Source of the DNA: Acidiferrobacter sp.
GTDB taxonomy: Bacteria > Pseudomonadota > Gammaproteobacteria > Arenicellales > UBA868
Length of the DNA: 32,050 nucleotides
NCBI GenBank assembly: GCA_002694065.1
Contig: NZKZ01000073.1
Span: 1 to 32,050 of the forward strand
Direction of reading: 5' to 3'
A program made the position numbers and the translations under genes. The stretch's first letter is position 1, and each line of letters starts with the position of its first letter. Positions 1 through 8,230 of this stretch are shown piece after piece. The notes beneath the pieces were generated by a model. It ran no database searches and was not told the DNA's origin. It saw only the letters and a program-made list of their open reading frames with translations.

Positions 1-1
1 C

Positions 2-364
2 ATCGACGGGCCGATCATCTTCCCTGTCGAGGAGGACCTCCCGTTCCTAGCCAAGCCTATCACGGCAGAGGAGAGGGCAGTAGCAGAGCAGGTGGCGAGC
101 GGATGGGGCATGTCAGGAGTGGAGGACTCAGTACCAATCTCCATAGTGGGATCCGGACCGGACCTAAATGCGGCCACCGAGAACGGCCTTGAGAGGGCTG
201 CCGAGCTGCTCGGAGTGACCGTCCCCGAGATACGCAACAGGGCGACGATCACCGGATCGATCGAGATCGGCAGGGCTCCCGGGGTCGTGCAGGTGACGTT
301 CCTCGCTCCTTCGGCCAAGCTCGACGAGCTCGGGCTCCTGGGATTCGCCGAGGACATGTACTAG
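2..364 (+). CDS. Acetamidase/formamidase family protein, C-terminal part (5' truncated by window edge)
   Basis: Frame is open from base 2 (IDGPIIFPVEEDLPFLAKP...). The segment ISIVGSGPDLNAATENGLERAAELLG...EIRNRATITGSIEIGRAPGVVQVTF resembles the C-terminus of FmdA/AmdA-family proteins. TAG stop. Confidence 0.6.
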   Translation: MDGPIIFPVEEDLPFLAKPITAEERAVAEQVASGWGMSGVEDSVPISIVGSGPDLNAATENGLERAAELLGVTVPEIRNRATITGSIEIGRAPGVVQVTFLAPSAKLDELGLLGFAEDMY

Positions 365-388
365 ATTGGGGAATGGCATCCAGCGGGC

Positions 389-838
389 CTAGTTCACCTC
401 GACCACATTTGTCGGAATTCCGATGGATGACGCCCTCTCGATTACGATCCTCGTCCACTTGCTAGTCTCCGATGGCATCGCCAGGATGTGAGTGGCAGCG
501 TCCAGGATCTTGTCAGTCAGGGAGTTTGGCGCCTCGGCCCTGTTTCCGTCTACCAGGCTGCGGGTGGGGTCGTCCCACTCCTCGGAGAAAACGGCAATCG
601 GGACTATGTTGTTGTCGCACCAGCGTTCCGCCATGTAGTCAACGCCGCTCGCCCCGCCAACGATGATCAGGTCGGGGTACTCGTTCTCCGAGATCCACTC
701 CTCGAGCGCCGCCTCGAAGATCTCGAAGTTGTAGAATCGGCTGCTTCCCACTACCGCGAGGTTGACGACCGAACCGTCGAGATTCAGGTCTCGCCTCCCA
801 ATGGCATCGATGACTTCCTGCCCCGGCGTGGCCTCCAT
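389..838 (-). CDS. SLOG-superfamily (YspA/DUF2493-like) protein
   Basis: Motifs LAVVGSSRFYNF, IIVGGASGVDYMAERWC and ATHILAMP...T..VIERA match the YspA-type SLOG fold. The ATG at 838 lies ~25 nt downstream of a TTTATC box (minus strand, 863-868). GTG 853 is an alternative start. Confidence 0.65.
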   Translation of the reverse strand: MEATPGQEVIDAIGRRDLNLDGSVVNLAVVGSSRFYNFEIFEAALEEWISENEYPDLIIVGGASGVDYMAERWCDNNIVPIAVFSEEWDDPTRSLVDGNRAEAPNSLTDKILDAATHILAMPSETSKWTRIVIERASSIGIPTNVVEVN

Positions 839-920
839 CGTGGTCTCAGGCACGTCTCCATGGATAAAGCCTGCCAAGGCGTGCGTAATGCCGCGCTACA
901 CCTGATGATGATGCTTGGTG

Positions 921-1337
921 CTATTCGTACTCGTTCCTCTCCTCTGGATCTTCGCTGAGATACTCGACGAACTCGTACTCATTCCCGTCGTGGTCGTGGA
1001 AGTAGTACCGGTGCCTGTGCGGGTGGTCCAAGTAGGCCACCTTCTGGGGGTAGCCGGCCTCCAAAAGGCGCTTCGCGACAGCTGAACCGTCATCCACGAC
1101 GAAACCAAGGTGATTCACCCCGGGATGGACATAGGGCTGGTGGGGGCCCCTCTCGGTAGCCCCCCTGTCCTCTATGCACAGGTAGGAGTCCTCGGTCCCC
1201 ACATGGACCCATCTTCTCGCCTTCTCCCCCTCGCCCCCTCCCCTGATGCTGAACTCAGGGAAAGCGGTCAGCAGGAACCGGACCGTCTCGTCCACGTCGG
1301 TAGAGGTCATGTTCACGTGCTCCAGAAAGGGCTTCAT
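921..1337 (-). CDS. VOC (glyoxalase/bleomycin-resistance) family protein
   Basis: Typical VOC motifs LEHVNMT, WVHVG, GVNHLGFVVDD and RYYFHDHDGNEYEFVEY. Start placed at MKPFLEH. Confidence 0.85.
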   Translation of the reverse strand: MKPFLEHVNMTSTDVDETVRFLLTAFPEFSIRGGGEGEKARRWVHVGTEDSYLCIEDRGATERGPHQPYVHPGVNHLGFVVDDGSAVAKRLLEAGYPQKVAYLDHPHRHRYYFHDHDGNEYEFVEYLSEDPEERNEYE

Positions 1338-1433
1338 GGGGATTGGGGGGCCTGTCATCCAGATAAGCCATCCGAGTGGTGCAGATTGCTTTGAGAGCGC
1401 CATCACCTTACCGAATGACCCGGAGGGGGGTCC

Positions 1434-1895
1434 ATGCCGGGGATGCGTGAGAGGATAGAAGACGTGGGCTGGACCTATGGGGTGATGCTCAGGGAGTTCA
1501 TGAAATTCAACGTCACAGGCACCTTCAACTCGGCCTTCGCTCTAGTGCTCTACGAGGTCCTCTACTGGGTGGACCTCTGGCCCGCACACACGGCCGTCGC
1601 CGCGTGGGCGGTCTCCAGCGCAATAGGGAACGTCGAGGCCCACTACATGCACTACAGGTTCACGTTCGACTCCACCTTCAACTACCTCACCAGCATGAAC
1701 CGGGCATTCTGGACCTACTCTGGGCAGCTGGTGGTGACGACCTCGTTCCACTACGTCATGGTCGAGATCTTTCACCTGCACCACACGCTGGCCTGGTTCG
1801 TCAACACGTGCGTGTTCGGGTACCTCAACTTCCTGCTGATACGATGGATAGCCTTCCCCCCCGAGTTGGACAGGGGGCACATCGAGATGCAGTGA
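1434..1895 (+). CDS. GtrA-like membrane protein (4 TM)
   Basis: EFMKFNVTG...N near the N-terminus, H-Y-R-F-T-F motif, C-terminal NFLLIRWIAF and four hydrophobic helices. Confidence 0.75.
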   Translation: MPGMRERIEDVGWTYGVMLREFMKFNVTGTFNSAFALVLYEVLYWVDLWPAHTAVAAWAVSSAIGNVEAHYMHYRFTFDSTFNYLTSMNRAFWTYSGQLVVTTSFHYVMVEIFHLHHTLAWFVNTCVFGYLNFLLIRWIAFPPELDRGHIEMQ

Positions 1896-1953
1896 GCCCC
1901 GGAATCTCCATCGGGGGGCCAAAACTCATCACACATGGAGCCGACCGATCCAC

Positions 1954-2784
1954 GTGGAGGAGGAATGGTGGAGCGCGGGCTCGTCCGAAGAGGCCCCCTC
2001 CGAGGAGCCCAAGCCGGTCTTCATCGGCGGGCCCCAGCAGGTCAGCAACGTCCTCTCGGGGGACGTGAGCCAGGAAGCCGAGGAGGGGCAGGCTGGCGTC
2101 TGGGGGCAGATGGGGCAGGAGGAGAGCTCCCGGCTCTCCCCCGCCGCCTGGTTCGCAATAGGCCTGGTTGTGGTGCCTGTTCTGTTCGTATTCAGCTCGA
2201 TACTAGCGGAGATAGGCTTCTCGTCCGATTGGAACGATGTCTACTCCGATTCCCCCGTCCAGGTCGATGACGTGGCCTTCGGGGGTGAGGACCTCGAGGT
2301 GCATTCGTTCTACATGGAGCCCGACTTCGAAAACGGCTACAGAGACGGGGGATACTGGGACATGGTCATCGAGGGCTGGGAGCAGGACTACTGGTGGAAC
2401 TGCTGGATCTCGGGCGATGGAGGGGATGTGCACCAAGGCACGATCACCGACGACAGCTGGGTCTTGTGGTTCGAGCCCGAAGGGGGGGATTGGGAGGACG
2501 GGTGCCCCTACGTCAGGATCGAGGGGGACAGCGTGTACGTCGCAACCCAGCCAGGATCCACTCCCGACTACGTGGGCTACTGGGGAGAGGGCTCCGGGAG
2601 CCAGGGGGTGGGGCTCCTCTCCATAGCCCCGTGCCTGGTCATGCCAGCAGCGATGCTCGGAGGCACCGTCTGGGGATTCGTGACGGACAGGAAGTCCTTC
2701 TCATACGGCATCCTCTCGTGGGCCGCGTTGCTCCTTCTGGGATTCCTGCTTTTCATGCTTGCATGGTTCGGTGTCTTCTTCTAG
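1954..2784 (+). CDS. Hypothetical membrane protein (N-terminal TM, acidic Trp/Gly-rich loop domain, 2-3 C-terminal TMs)
   Basis: 276-aa ORF with GTG start, genome-typical codon usage and clear hydrophobic segments. Confidence 0.7.
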   Translation: MEEEWWSAGSSEEAPSEEPKPVFIGGPQQVSNVLSGDVSQEAEEGQAGVWGQMGQEESSRLSPAAWFAIGLVVVPVLFVFSSILAEIGFSSDWNDVYSDSPVQVDDVAFGGEDLEVHSFYMEPDFENGYRDGGYWDMVIEGWEQDYWWNCWISGDGGDVHQGTITDDSWVLWFEPEGGDWEDGCPYVRIEGDSVYVATQPGSTPDYVGYWGEGSGSQGVGLLSIAPCLVMPAAMLGGTVWGFVTDRKSFSYGILSWAALLLLGFLLFMLAWFGVFF

Positions 2785-2851
2785 AGCACCGCCGAGAATG
2801 TTGTCTAGCATTTCGGCATAGTTCATTAGCGGATTTTCCCACCCGGGACCG

Positions 2852-3217
2852 TTGCTACCGTCATTCAACGTTCTCGGAGGCGAGTTGGGGGCTTGCTCGA
2901 TGGATCCCCTCACCGGTTGGTTCCGTGATGGGTGCTGCAACACCGACCGCAACGACCGCGGCCTGCATACGGTGTGCTGCGAGGTCACCGAGGAGTTCCT
3001 CGAGTTCGCACGGTCCCAGGGCAACGACCTGGTCACCCCGGTGCCAGAGCACCGTTTCCCCGGCCTCTCACCCGGCGACAGGTGGTGCGTCTGCGCCCAG
3101 ACTTGGCAGGACGCTGCGGAGGAGGGAGTCGCCTGCCCGGTGGTGCTGGAGTCGACTCACGAGGAGACCCTTCAGGTGGTCTCCCTCGACCTCCTCAAGG
3201 AGCACGCCGTAGAATGA
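2852..3217 (+). CDS. DUF2237 family protein
   Basis: Signature NVLG..L..CS.DPLTGWFRDGCC, GLHTVC, GNDL.TP.P...FPGL.PGDRWC.CA..W..A, and P.V.LESTH. Confidence 0.9.
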   Translation: MLPSFNVLGGELGACSMDPLTGWFRDGCCNTDRNDRGLHTVCCEVTEEFLEFARSQGNDLVTPVPEHRFPGLSPGDRWCVCAQTWQDAAEEGVACPVVLESTHEETLQVVSLDLLKEHAVE

Positions 3218-3276
3218 CCTGTGACTCGAACCCACTTCCGGAAAGAGTCATTTCGCTAGCATAGCTCGGCAGTCTC

Positions 3277-4857
3277 ATGAGGAGCAAGTCAATACTGATC
3301 GCCATAATGATGTCGTCCGCATCCCTTGTCGGCTGCCTGGGGGAGGACCTGGGGCCATACCAAGACAGGATCGATGAGCTCGAGGAGGGGTCGCAGGTCG
3401 ATGCTGGAATAATGGAGGAGTTGAACAGGACCATCGATTCCCAGGAGTCCAGCATCGCGAAGCTAGAGGTCCAGGTTTCCTCGCTGCAGTCTAGCATAAC
3501 CGGGCTGGACGCCCAGATTGCCTCCCTGCAGGACTCCATAGGGTCCCTTGAGGCCGAGAACGGGACTAACGCCGAGAAGATCTCCCAACTGAATTCGGAG
3601 GTCGCGGCCCTTGAGATGCAGAAGAGCGAACTAGAAGGGACGGTGTCCTCCCTGCAGGCTGCAATCGCCGCCCTGGACGCCACCATCGCCGCCCTGGAGG
3701 CGGAGAAGTCAGATATGGAGGCGAACCTCAGCCTAAAGTTCCAGGAGGGCTATGACGTCGGATACGGAGACGCTTACGACGCGTCCTACGACGGCGTGGC
3801 GCAGCACTACTATGGCGAGGGTTGGGACGATGGGTGGGAGATTGCCACCAACGACGCGCAGGCCGCCATGGAGGAAATGCAGGAGTTGGCATCCACCCTG
3901 AACGGGACGATACTGGACCTCCAGGAGTCCGCCATTGAGTGCGGCGAGCACGCCTCCCTGTCGGATGGGATTTGCACCAGCAACAGCGTCGTCTGGGGGC
4001 GCCTGCCGTTCGAGAATGGGACTCCCCTTACAATCAACCAGGCATTCATGGGGGGCTGGACCCACCAGGAGGACTGGCTCTACTCTGTGGACTTCGCGAA
4101 GGATGAGGGCACGCCGATCGTGAGCTTCAAGGAGGGCGTGGTCCGGGAGATCAAGGAGGACTCGGACACCAACTGTATCGACGAGGGCATCTCCCGGGAA
4201 AACTGCACCCACGGGAACTACGTGCTGATCGACCACGGGGACTTCACCTTCGCCCTCTACCTCCACCTGGAGCAGTGGTCAGTGGACGTGGAAGTGGGCG
4301 AGACCGTGGGACGGGGGCACCAGATCGGAAGGGTCGGCAACACCGGCTACAGCACCGGCCCCCACCTCCACTTCAACGTGAAGAACGGCTTCGGCTACGG
4401 TGGTGCGAAGATCGTGCTGTTCGAGGAGCTGCTCGGCATCTCCAACGGCATCCCATTCTCCGGGGCAAACGTGACGTCGAACAACTCTAACACCTCCGCG
4501 ACGGCGCAGGTTCCGCCCTCCAGCTGCCCCTCTGACGCATTCGCGTTCAGGGGGGTGTTCCTCCTGAGCGCGGTGCCGTGCTCGATGGCCGAGCACGACG
4601 TGGAGTACAACCTCACGGGTTACGTCGCCTCTCCGGGGATGGACCTTCAGGTAGCCCAGTACGTTCAGAGCAGCGCCGGCAACTACTGGTCCTACAGCTG
4701 CATCGACACGTCCAGCACAGGCTCATTCTCGACGGTCCTGGAGTGGGACTCCTCGGTCCACGGGGAGTGGAGCTACCTGATGATATCCGTCACCCCCGAC
4801 GGCGACTGCTACGCTTACGACAGCTGGTGGACCAGCATAGGAATTACCATGGTCTAG
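3277..4857 (+). CDS. Lipoprotein with coiled-coil stalk and M23 (LytM-like) zinc metallopeptidase domain
   Basis: Signal peptide with lipobox LVGC, then a heptad coiled coil (~aa 28-155). M23 motifs: TH-x8-DF, GTPIVS..EGVV, GNYVLIDH, YLHL, IGRVGNTGYSTGPHLHF. C-terminal Cys/aromatic beta domain. Confidence 0.85.
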   Translation: MRSKSILIAIMMSSASLVGCLGEDLGPYQDRIDELEEGSQVDAGIMEELNRTIDSQESSIAKLEVQVSSLQSSITGLDAQIASLQDSIGSLEAENGTNAEKISQLNSEVAALEMQKSELEGTVSSLQAAIAALDATIAALEAEKSDMEANLSLKFQEGYDVGYGDAYDASYDGVAQHYYGEGWDDGWEIATNDAQAAMEEMQELASTLNGTILDLQESAIECGEHASLSDGICTSNSVVWGRLPFENGTPLTINQAFMGGWTHQEDWLYSVDFAKDEGTPIVSFKEGVVREIKEDSDTNCIDEGISRENCTHGNYVLIDHGDFTFALYLHLEQWSVDVEVGETVGRGHQIGRVGNTGYSTGPHLHFNVKNGFGYGGAKIVLFEELLGISNGIPFSGANVTSNNSNTSATAQVPPSSCPSDAFAFRGVFLLSAVPCSMAEHDVEYNLTGYVASPGMDLQVAQYVQSSAGNYWSYSCIDTSSTGSFSTVLEWDSSVHGEWSYLMISVTPDGDCYAYDSWWTSIGITMV

Positions 4858-4910
4858 GCCCCTCAGCAACTGTTGGCAGGATTTTTCTACGGCCGTGGAC
4901 CTGAAAGCCC

Positions 4911-5897
4911 ATGTCGAGGGTTATCAGGGCTGCACTCCTCTCGGCCCTGCTCGCCTGCACCGCCCTGGGCGGCTGCATCTCCGAGGGGTCCGACGGCGAC
5001 GTCAGTGTGGACCCCATAGAGCCCGGACTCGTTGGCCTTGACTACGTGGAGTGCATGGTGCACGAGGAGCTGGAGAGGTGCTGGAACGTCCTGGTGCCAC
5101 AGACCCTGGACCCCGAAGTCGAGGCGCCGATGGTCATCGACCTCCACGGCAACACGCTTACCATGGCCGAGCAGAGGGCGCTCTCCGAGTTCGACGAGAT
5201 CGCCGAGGACAACGGCGCGATTGCCGTCTGGCCGCAGGGCCACGGGAACTCGTGGAACGCGGGTTACTGCTGCAGCACCGCCGGGGAGATGGGCCTGAAC
5301 GACACGGGCCTGATTCTGGAGATCATGGACAGGGTGGCTGCGAACCACTCCGTGGACGAGGACAGGGTGTACCTGACCGGGTGGTCGAACGGGTGCGCCC
5401 TGAGCCAGAAGCTGGCCAACGAGCACAGCGACAGGTTCGCGGCGATCGCCTGCATGTCCTACTACCTGCTGGACGACCCGGCGCCCCAGTACTCCTCCAT
5501 CCCGATCATGGAGATCCACGGGCTGGTCGACCAGATCATACTCTACTCCAACGACGCGATCCACCTGCCCAACGTGGAGGCCCAGGAGCACGGGGCGGTG
5601 CAGAACCTGATACAGTGGGCTGAGATGAACGGCTGCCAGGGCACCCTGCCCGACTCCAACTCCCCCTCGGAGTTCTACTCTGTCCAGTCCTACACCGACT
5701 GCGACAACGGGACCGAGGTCTCGCTGGTGACGCTCTACGCCGCGGACCACAACCCGTACGAGGAGACCTTCGACCCGGACGGCCCGCTGATCTTCATCGG
5801 CAACGGCGGGACGGTCGACACGAACGGGATCGCGTGGGAGTTCCTGAGCAGATTCTCGAAGTCGGCCCCTCAGGAAAACGCGACACGTTTGATATAG
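4911..5897 (+). CDS. Lipoprotein, PHB depolymerase/LpqC-like alpha/beta-hydrolase esterase
   Basis: Lipobox LGGC, oxyanion LHG, WNAGYCC, nucleophile GWSNG, IHGLVD (Asp) and DHNP (His). Confidence 0.85.
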   Translation: MSRVIRAALLSALLACTALGGCISEGSDGDVSVDPIEPGLVGLDYVECMVHEELERCWNVLVPQTLDPEVEAPMVIDLHGNTLTMAEQRALSEFDEIAEDNGAIAVWPQGHGNSWNAGYCCSTAGEMGLNDTGLILEIMDRVAANHSVDEDRVYLTGWSNGCALSQKLANEHSDRFAAIACMSYYLLDDPAPQYSSIPIMEIHGLVDQIILYSNDAIHLPNVEAQEHGAVQNLIQWAEMNGCQGTLPDSNSPSEFYSVQSYTDCDNGTEVSLVTLYAADHNPYEETFDPDGPLIFIGNGGTVDTNGIAWEFLSRFSKSAPQENATRLI

Positions 5898-5957
5898 CAG
5901 AGAAGGATAGGAGAAGATTCGTCCCCTCACTATGCTATGTTTCGGCTAAAATGATGG

Positions 5958-7040
5958 TCAGAGGGTCTTCAGCTGGCGGGAACCGTCGCCTCCCGGTCCT
6001 ATCCACGGTTCCGGCTTGTTCCCCAGGATGCCGTCTAGGCTCGACATGTCCTCATCCGTGAGGCGCTTCGCCACTTCGATGCAGCCCATGTTGTCCTCGA
6101 TCTGCTCGGGGGTGGTCGCCCCCATCAGGATCGTGGACACGTTCGGGTTCTTCAGGCACCATGCCAGTGCCAGTTGCGCTGGTGAGCAGTCAACCTTCTC
6201 CGCGTACTTGCAGACCTCGGCTACGATCTCGAACTCGCCCTTGGCCCTGCTCTGCTCCATCATCTCGATCAGCCACTCGTAGCCCTCCTGGGTGACCCGC
6301 GAGTCTTCGGGAGTGCCATCGAGGTACTTCCCGGTGAGCAGGCCGGACTGCAGCGGGCTCCAGATGGTGGTTCCGATAGAGTAGGGCGGGTTGTACATCG
6401 GGAAGTACTCCCTCTCGAAGCGGTCCCTGTGGAGCATGTTGTACTGAGGCTGCTCGAACTGGGGCGGCTCCAGGCCTTCCGACCTGGCTATCCAGAAGGC
6501 CTCGGTGATCTGCTGGGCCGACCACTCGCTGGTCCCCCATGCGGTGGCCCTGCCGGAGCGGACCATCTCCGTCATCGAGCGGACCACGGTGGCCGTGGGT
6601 GTGAGAGGGTCGGGTCTGTGGCAGAACAGGAGGTCGACGTAGTCTAGCTGGAGTCGCGAGAGGGAGGCGTCGAGGCCCTCCCTGCAGTGCTTCATCGACA
6701 GCCCGGACTCGTTCACCCCGGATCCCCCCCAGAAAGTCTTGGTCGTGATGACCAAGTCGGAGCGCCGCCATAGATCTGGGTCCTCCTTCTGGAGGTCCTT
6801 GAGCGCCCGCCCGAAGATCCTCTCGGCCTCACCGAAGGGGTTCCCGTACGCCTCCGCGTGGTCGAAGCAGTTGACTCCGTAATCCCTGACCATGCTCATG
6901 AGCTCCTTGGCGGTCTTGACCCCGGAATCGCCGGACAGCCTGTCCTTGATCCCGTAGGTGGCCCAGAATCCGTACGATATCACGGAGACCTGAATACCGG
7001 TGTTCCCCATCATTCTGTAGTACATCTTCTCGTGGGCCAT
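5958..7040 (-). CDS. Aldo/keto reductase, Kv-beta (AKR6)-like
   Basis: YRMMGNTGIQVS, FDHAEAYG, WRRSDLVITTKTFWGG, SLSRLQLDYVDLLFCHRPD, WGTSEWSAQQI, EQPQYNM, WSPL.SGLLTGKY, QLALAWCLKNPNVS. Confidence 0.9.
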   Translation of the reverse strand: MAHEKMYYRMMGNTGIQVSVISYGFWATYGIKDRLSGDSGVKTAKELMSMVRDYGVNCFDHAEAYGNPFGEAERIFGRALKDLQKEDPDLWRRSDLVITTKTFWGGSGVNESGLSMKHCREGLDASLSRLQLDYVDLLFCHRPDPLTPTATVVRSMTEMVRSGRATAWGTSEWSAQQITEAFWIARSEGLEPPQFEQPQYNMLHRDRFEREYFPMYNPPYSIGTTIWSPLQSGLLTGKYLDGTPEDSRVTQEGYEWLIEMMEQSRAKGEFEIVAEVCKYAEKVDCSPAQLALAWCLKNPNVSTILMGATTPEQIEDNMGCIEVAKRLTDEDMSSLDGILGNKPEPWIGPGGDGSRQLKTL

Positions 7041-7124
7041 GCGCATCGACTGGCACTCTCCTTTGAGAACCCTCTGAGTCGGCCTCGTCTCGGATTGTTC
7101 CCGACTATGCCTCGCGATAGCGCG

Positions 7125-7463
7125 CTACTTGGGCTTGAATCTCTCCACCGCGGCGAACCCGGCGAAGAAGCCCAGGCCGAAGGTACCCATCTCGGATATC
7201 GAAACCAGGATGGACTGGGTCTGGGCGCCTGCGTCGATACCTATGTCGATCAGCCCCATCGTCAGCCTCTCCCAGTCGACGGCCACTATGCCCCTAGACT
7301 CGAGCCACTTCAGTAGTGCGAACTCGATCAGGATGAACCACTTCAGGATGTTTGTAGCCATCTTGAACACCAAGCCTGTGATGACGCCCACGATCAGGCC
7401 CTGGAAGGCGGCTACTCCTACCTCGCCGACGAAGCCATCCAACAAGTCGGAGAGAGCGGACAC
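7125..7463 (-). CDS. FUN14 family membrane protein
   Basis: G.IVG.ITG.VFK, L.WLESRGIV.VDW..L and a C-terminal GF.AGF match the FUN14 pattern. GTG start at 7463. Confidence 0.75.
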   Translation of the reverse strand: MSALSDLLDGFVGEVGVAAFQGLIVGVITGLVFKMATNILKWFILIEFALLKWLESRGIVAVDWERLTMGLIDIGIDAGAQTQSILVSISEMGTFGLGFFAGFAAVERFKPK

Positions 7464-7544
7464 GGTGCTCGAAGTGGGTCCTACGTTGAAATCATTCCTG
7501 AATCCTGTTTGGGGCGTATTTCCGCCTTCCAGGAACAAATTGGG

Positions 7545-8219
7545 CTAGTTCCTGCCATCGAAGGCGCCGGGCAAAAAGGTCCAGCGAATGTCATCTTGTC
7601 CCACGTTCGAGTAGTGCTCCCTGATCCGTGGCTCGTTGGCGACAAGGGCATGGTACTCAAGGAGGCCTGTGTATCCGGAGAGCACATCGCCCTCTATTCC
7701 ATCGTAGTTCCCGGAGAACAGACCGAATAGGCCCGTGAATAGCTTCAGGTCGGCGATGCTCATATCGTCCGTGCCCGCTGCCCAGCCGGTCTGAGACTGG
7801 GAGACCTTCCTCTGCAGGAGTTCGAGGTTCCTGGCTCCACCGCCCCCCGGCTCGAAAAGCGCCTTCCTCAGGCGTACTCTCTCCTCGATCTCCGGGATGC
7901 CGAACGTCGGATCGAGCACCTGGGCCAAGGGCCCCATCCCATCGATGAACTCGTCTGCCTTCGCCCGCTGATAGGGGTCATCGGGAACCAGTCCGGCAGC
8001 TTGACCTACGAATCTGAGGATTGCCGAGGACTCGGCTATGGTACCCTCGGGGGTGATCAGGACCGGGAGCATGTCCCATGGCAACTCGCCGTTTTCCTTC
8101 ATGACCTGGAAACCAGCGCCGTCCACGGACACGTCCTCCCATTCCATGCCCGATAGCTCGAGTGCGATGCGGATGGCCTCCGCCCTTCCGGGGGCTGGGA
8201 AGTACACTAGTTGCAGCAT
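7545..8219 (-). CDS. Glutathione S-transferase family protein (sigma-class-like)
   Basis: N-terminal LVYF...GRAEAIR.AL, LP..MLPVL, IAESSAILRFVG..AGL, and the C-terminal-domain motif SIADL. Confidence 0.85.
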   Translation of the reverse strand: MLQLVYFPAPGRAEAIRIALELSGMEWEDVSVDGAGFQVMKENGELPWDMLPVLITPEGTIAESSAILRFVGQAAGLVPDDPYQRAKADEFIDGMGPLAQVLDPTFGIPEIEERVRLRKALFEPGGGGARNLELLQRKVSQSQTGWAAGTDDMSIADLKLFTGLFGLFSGNYDGIEGDVLSGYTGLLEYHALVANEPRIREHYSNVGQDDIRWTFLPGAFDGRN

Positions 8220-8230
8220 GACAATGACTC

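Noticed and set aside
905-958. Possible C/D box sRNA (ATGATGA at 905-911, CTGA at 955-958)
   Set aside because: No convincing internal D'/C' boxes or terminal stem, and most of it is antisense to the VOC gene's coding end.
3355-3860. Repetitive-looking DNA in the M23 gene as a tandem repeat or array
   Set aside because: Explained by coiled-coil heptads and GYxxG protein repeats; there are no exact nucleotide repeats with spacers. No CRISPR array was seen anywhere in the window.
4887-5930. 347-aa antisense ORF over the esterase (similar shadows at 488-958, 8258-9070, 12759-13634, 23426-24169, 28560-29225)
   Set aside because: These mirror well-supported genes, carry no motifs, and are expected from strong GC3 bias that removes stops on the opposite strand.
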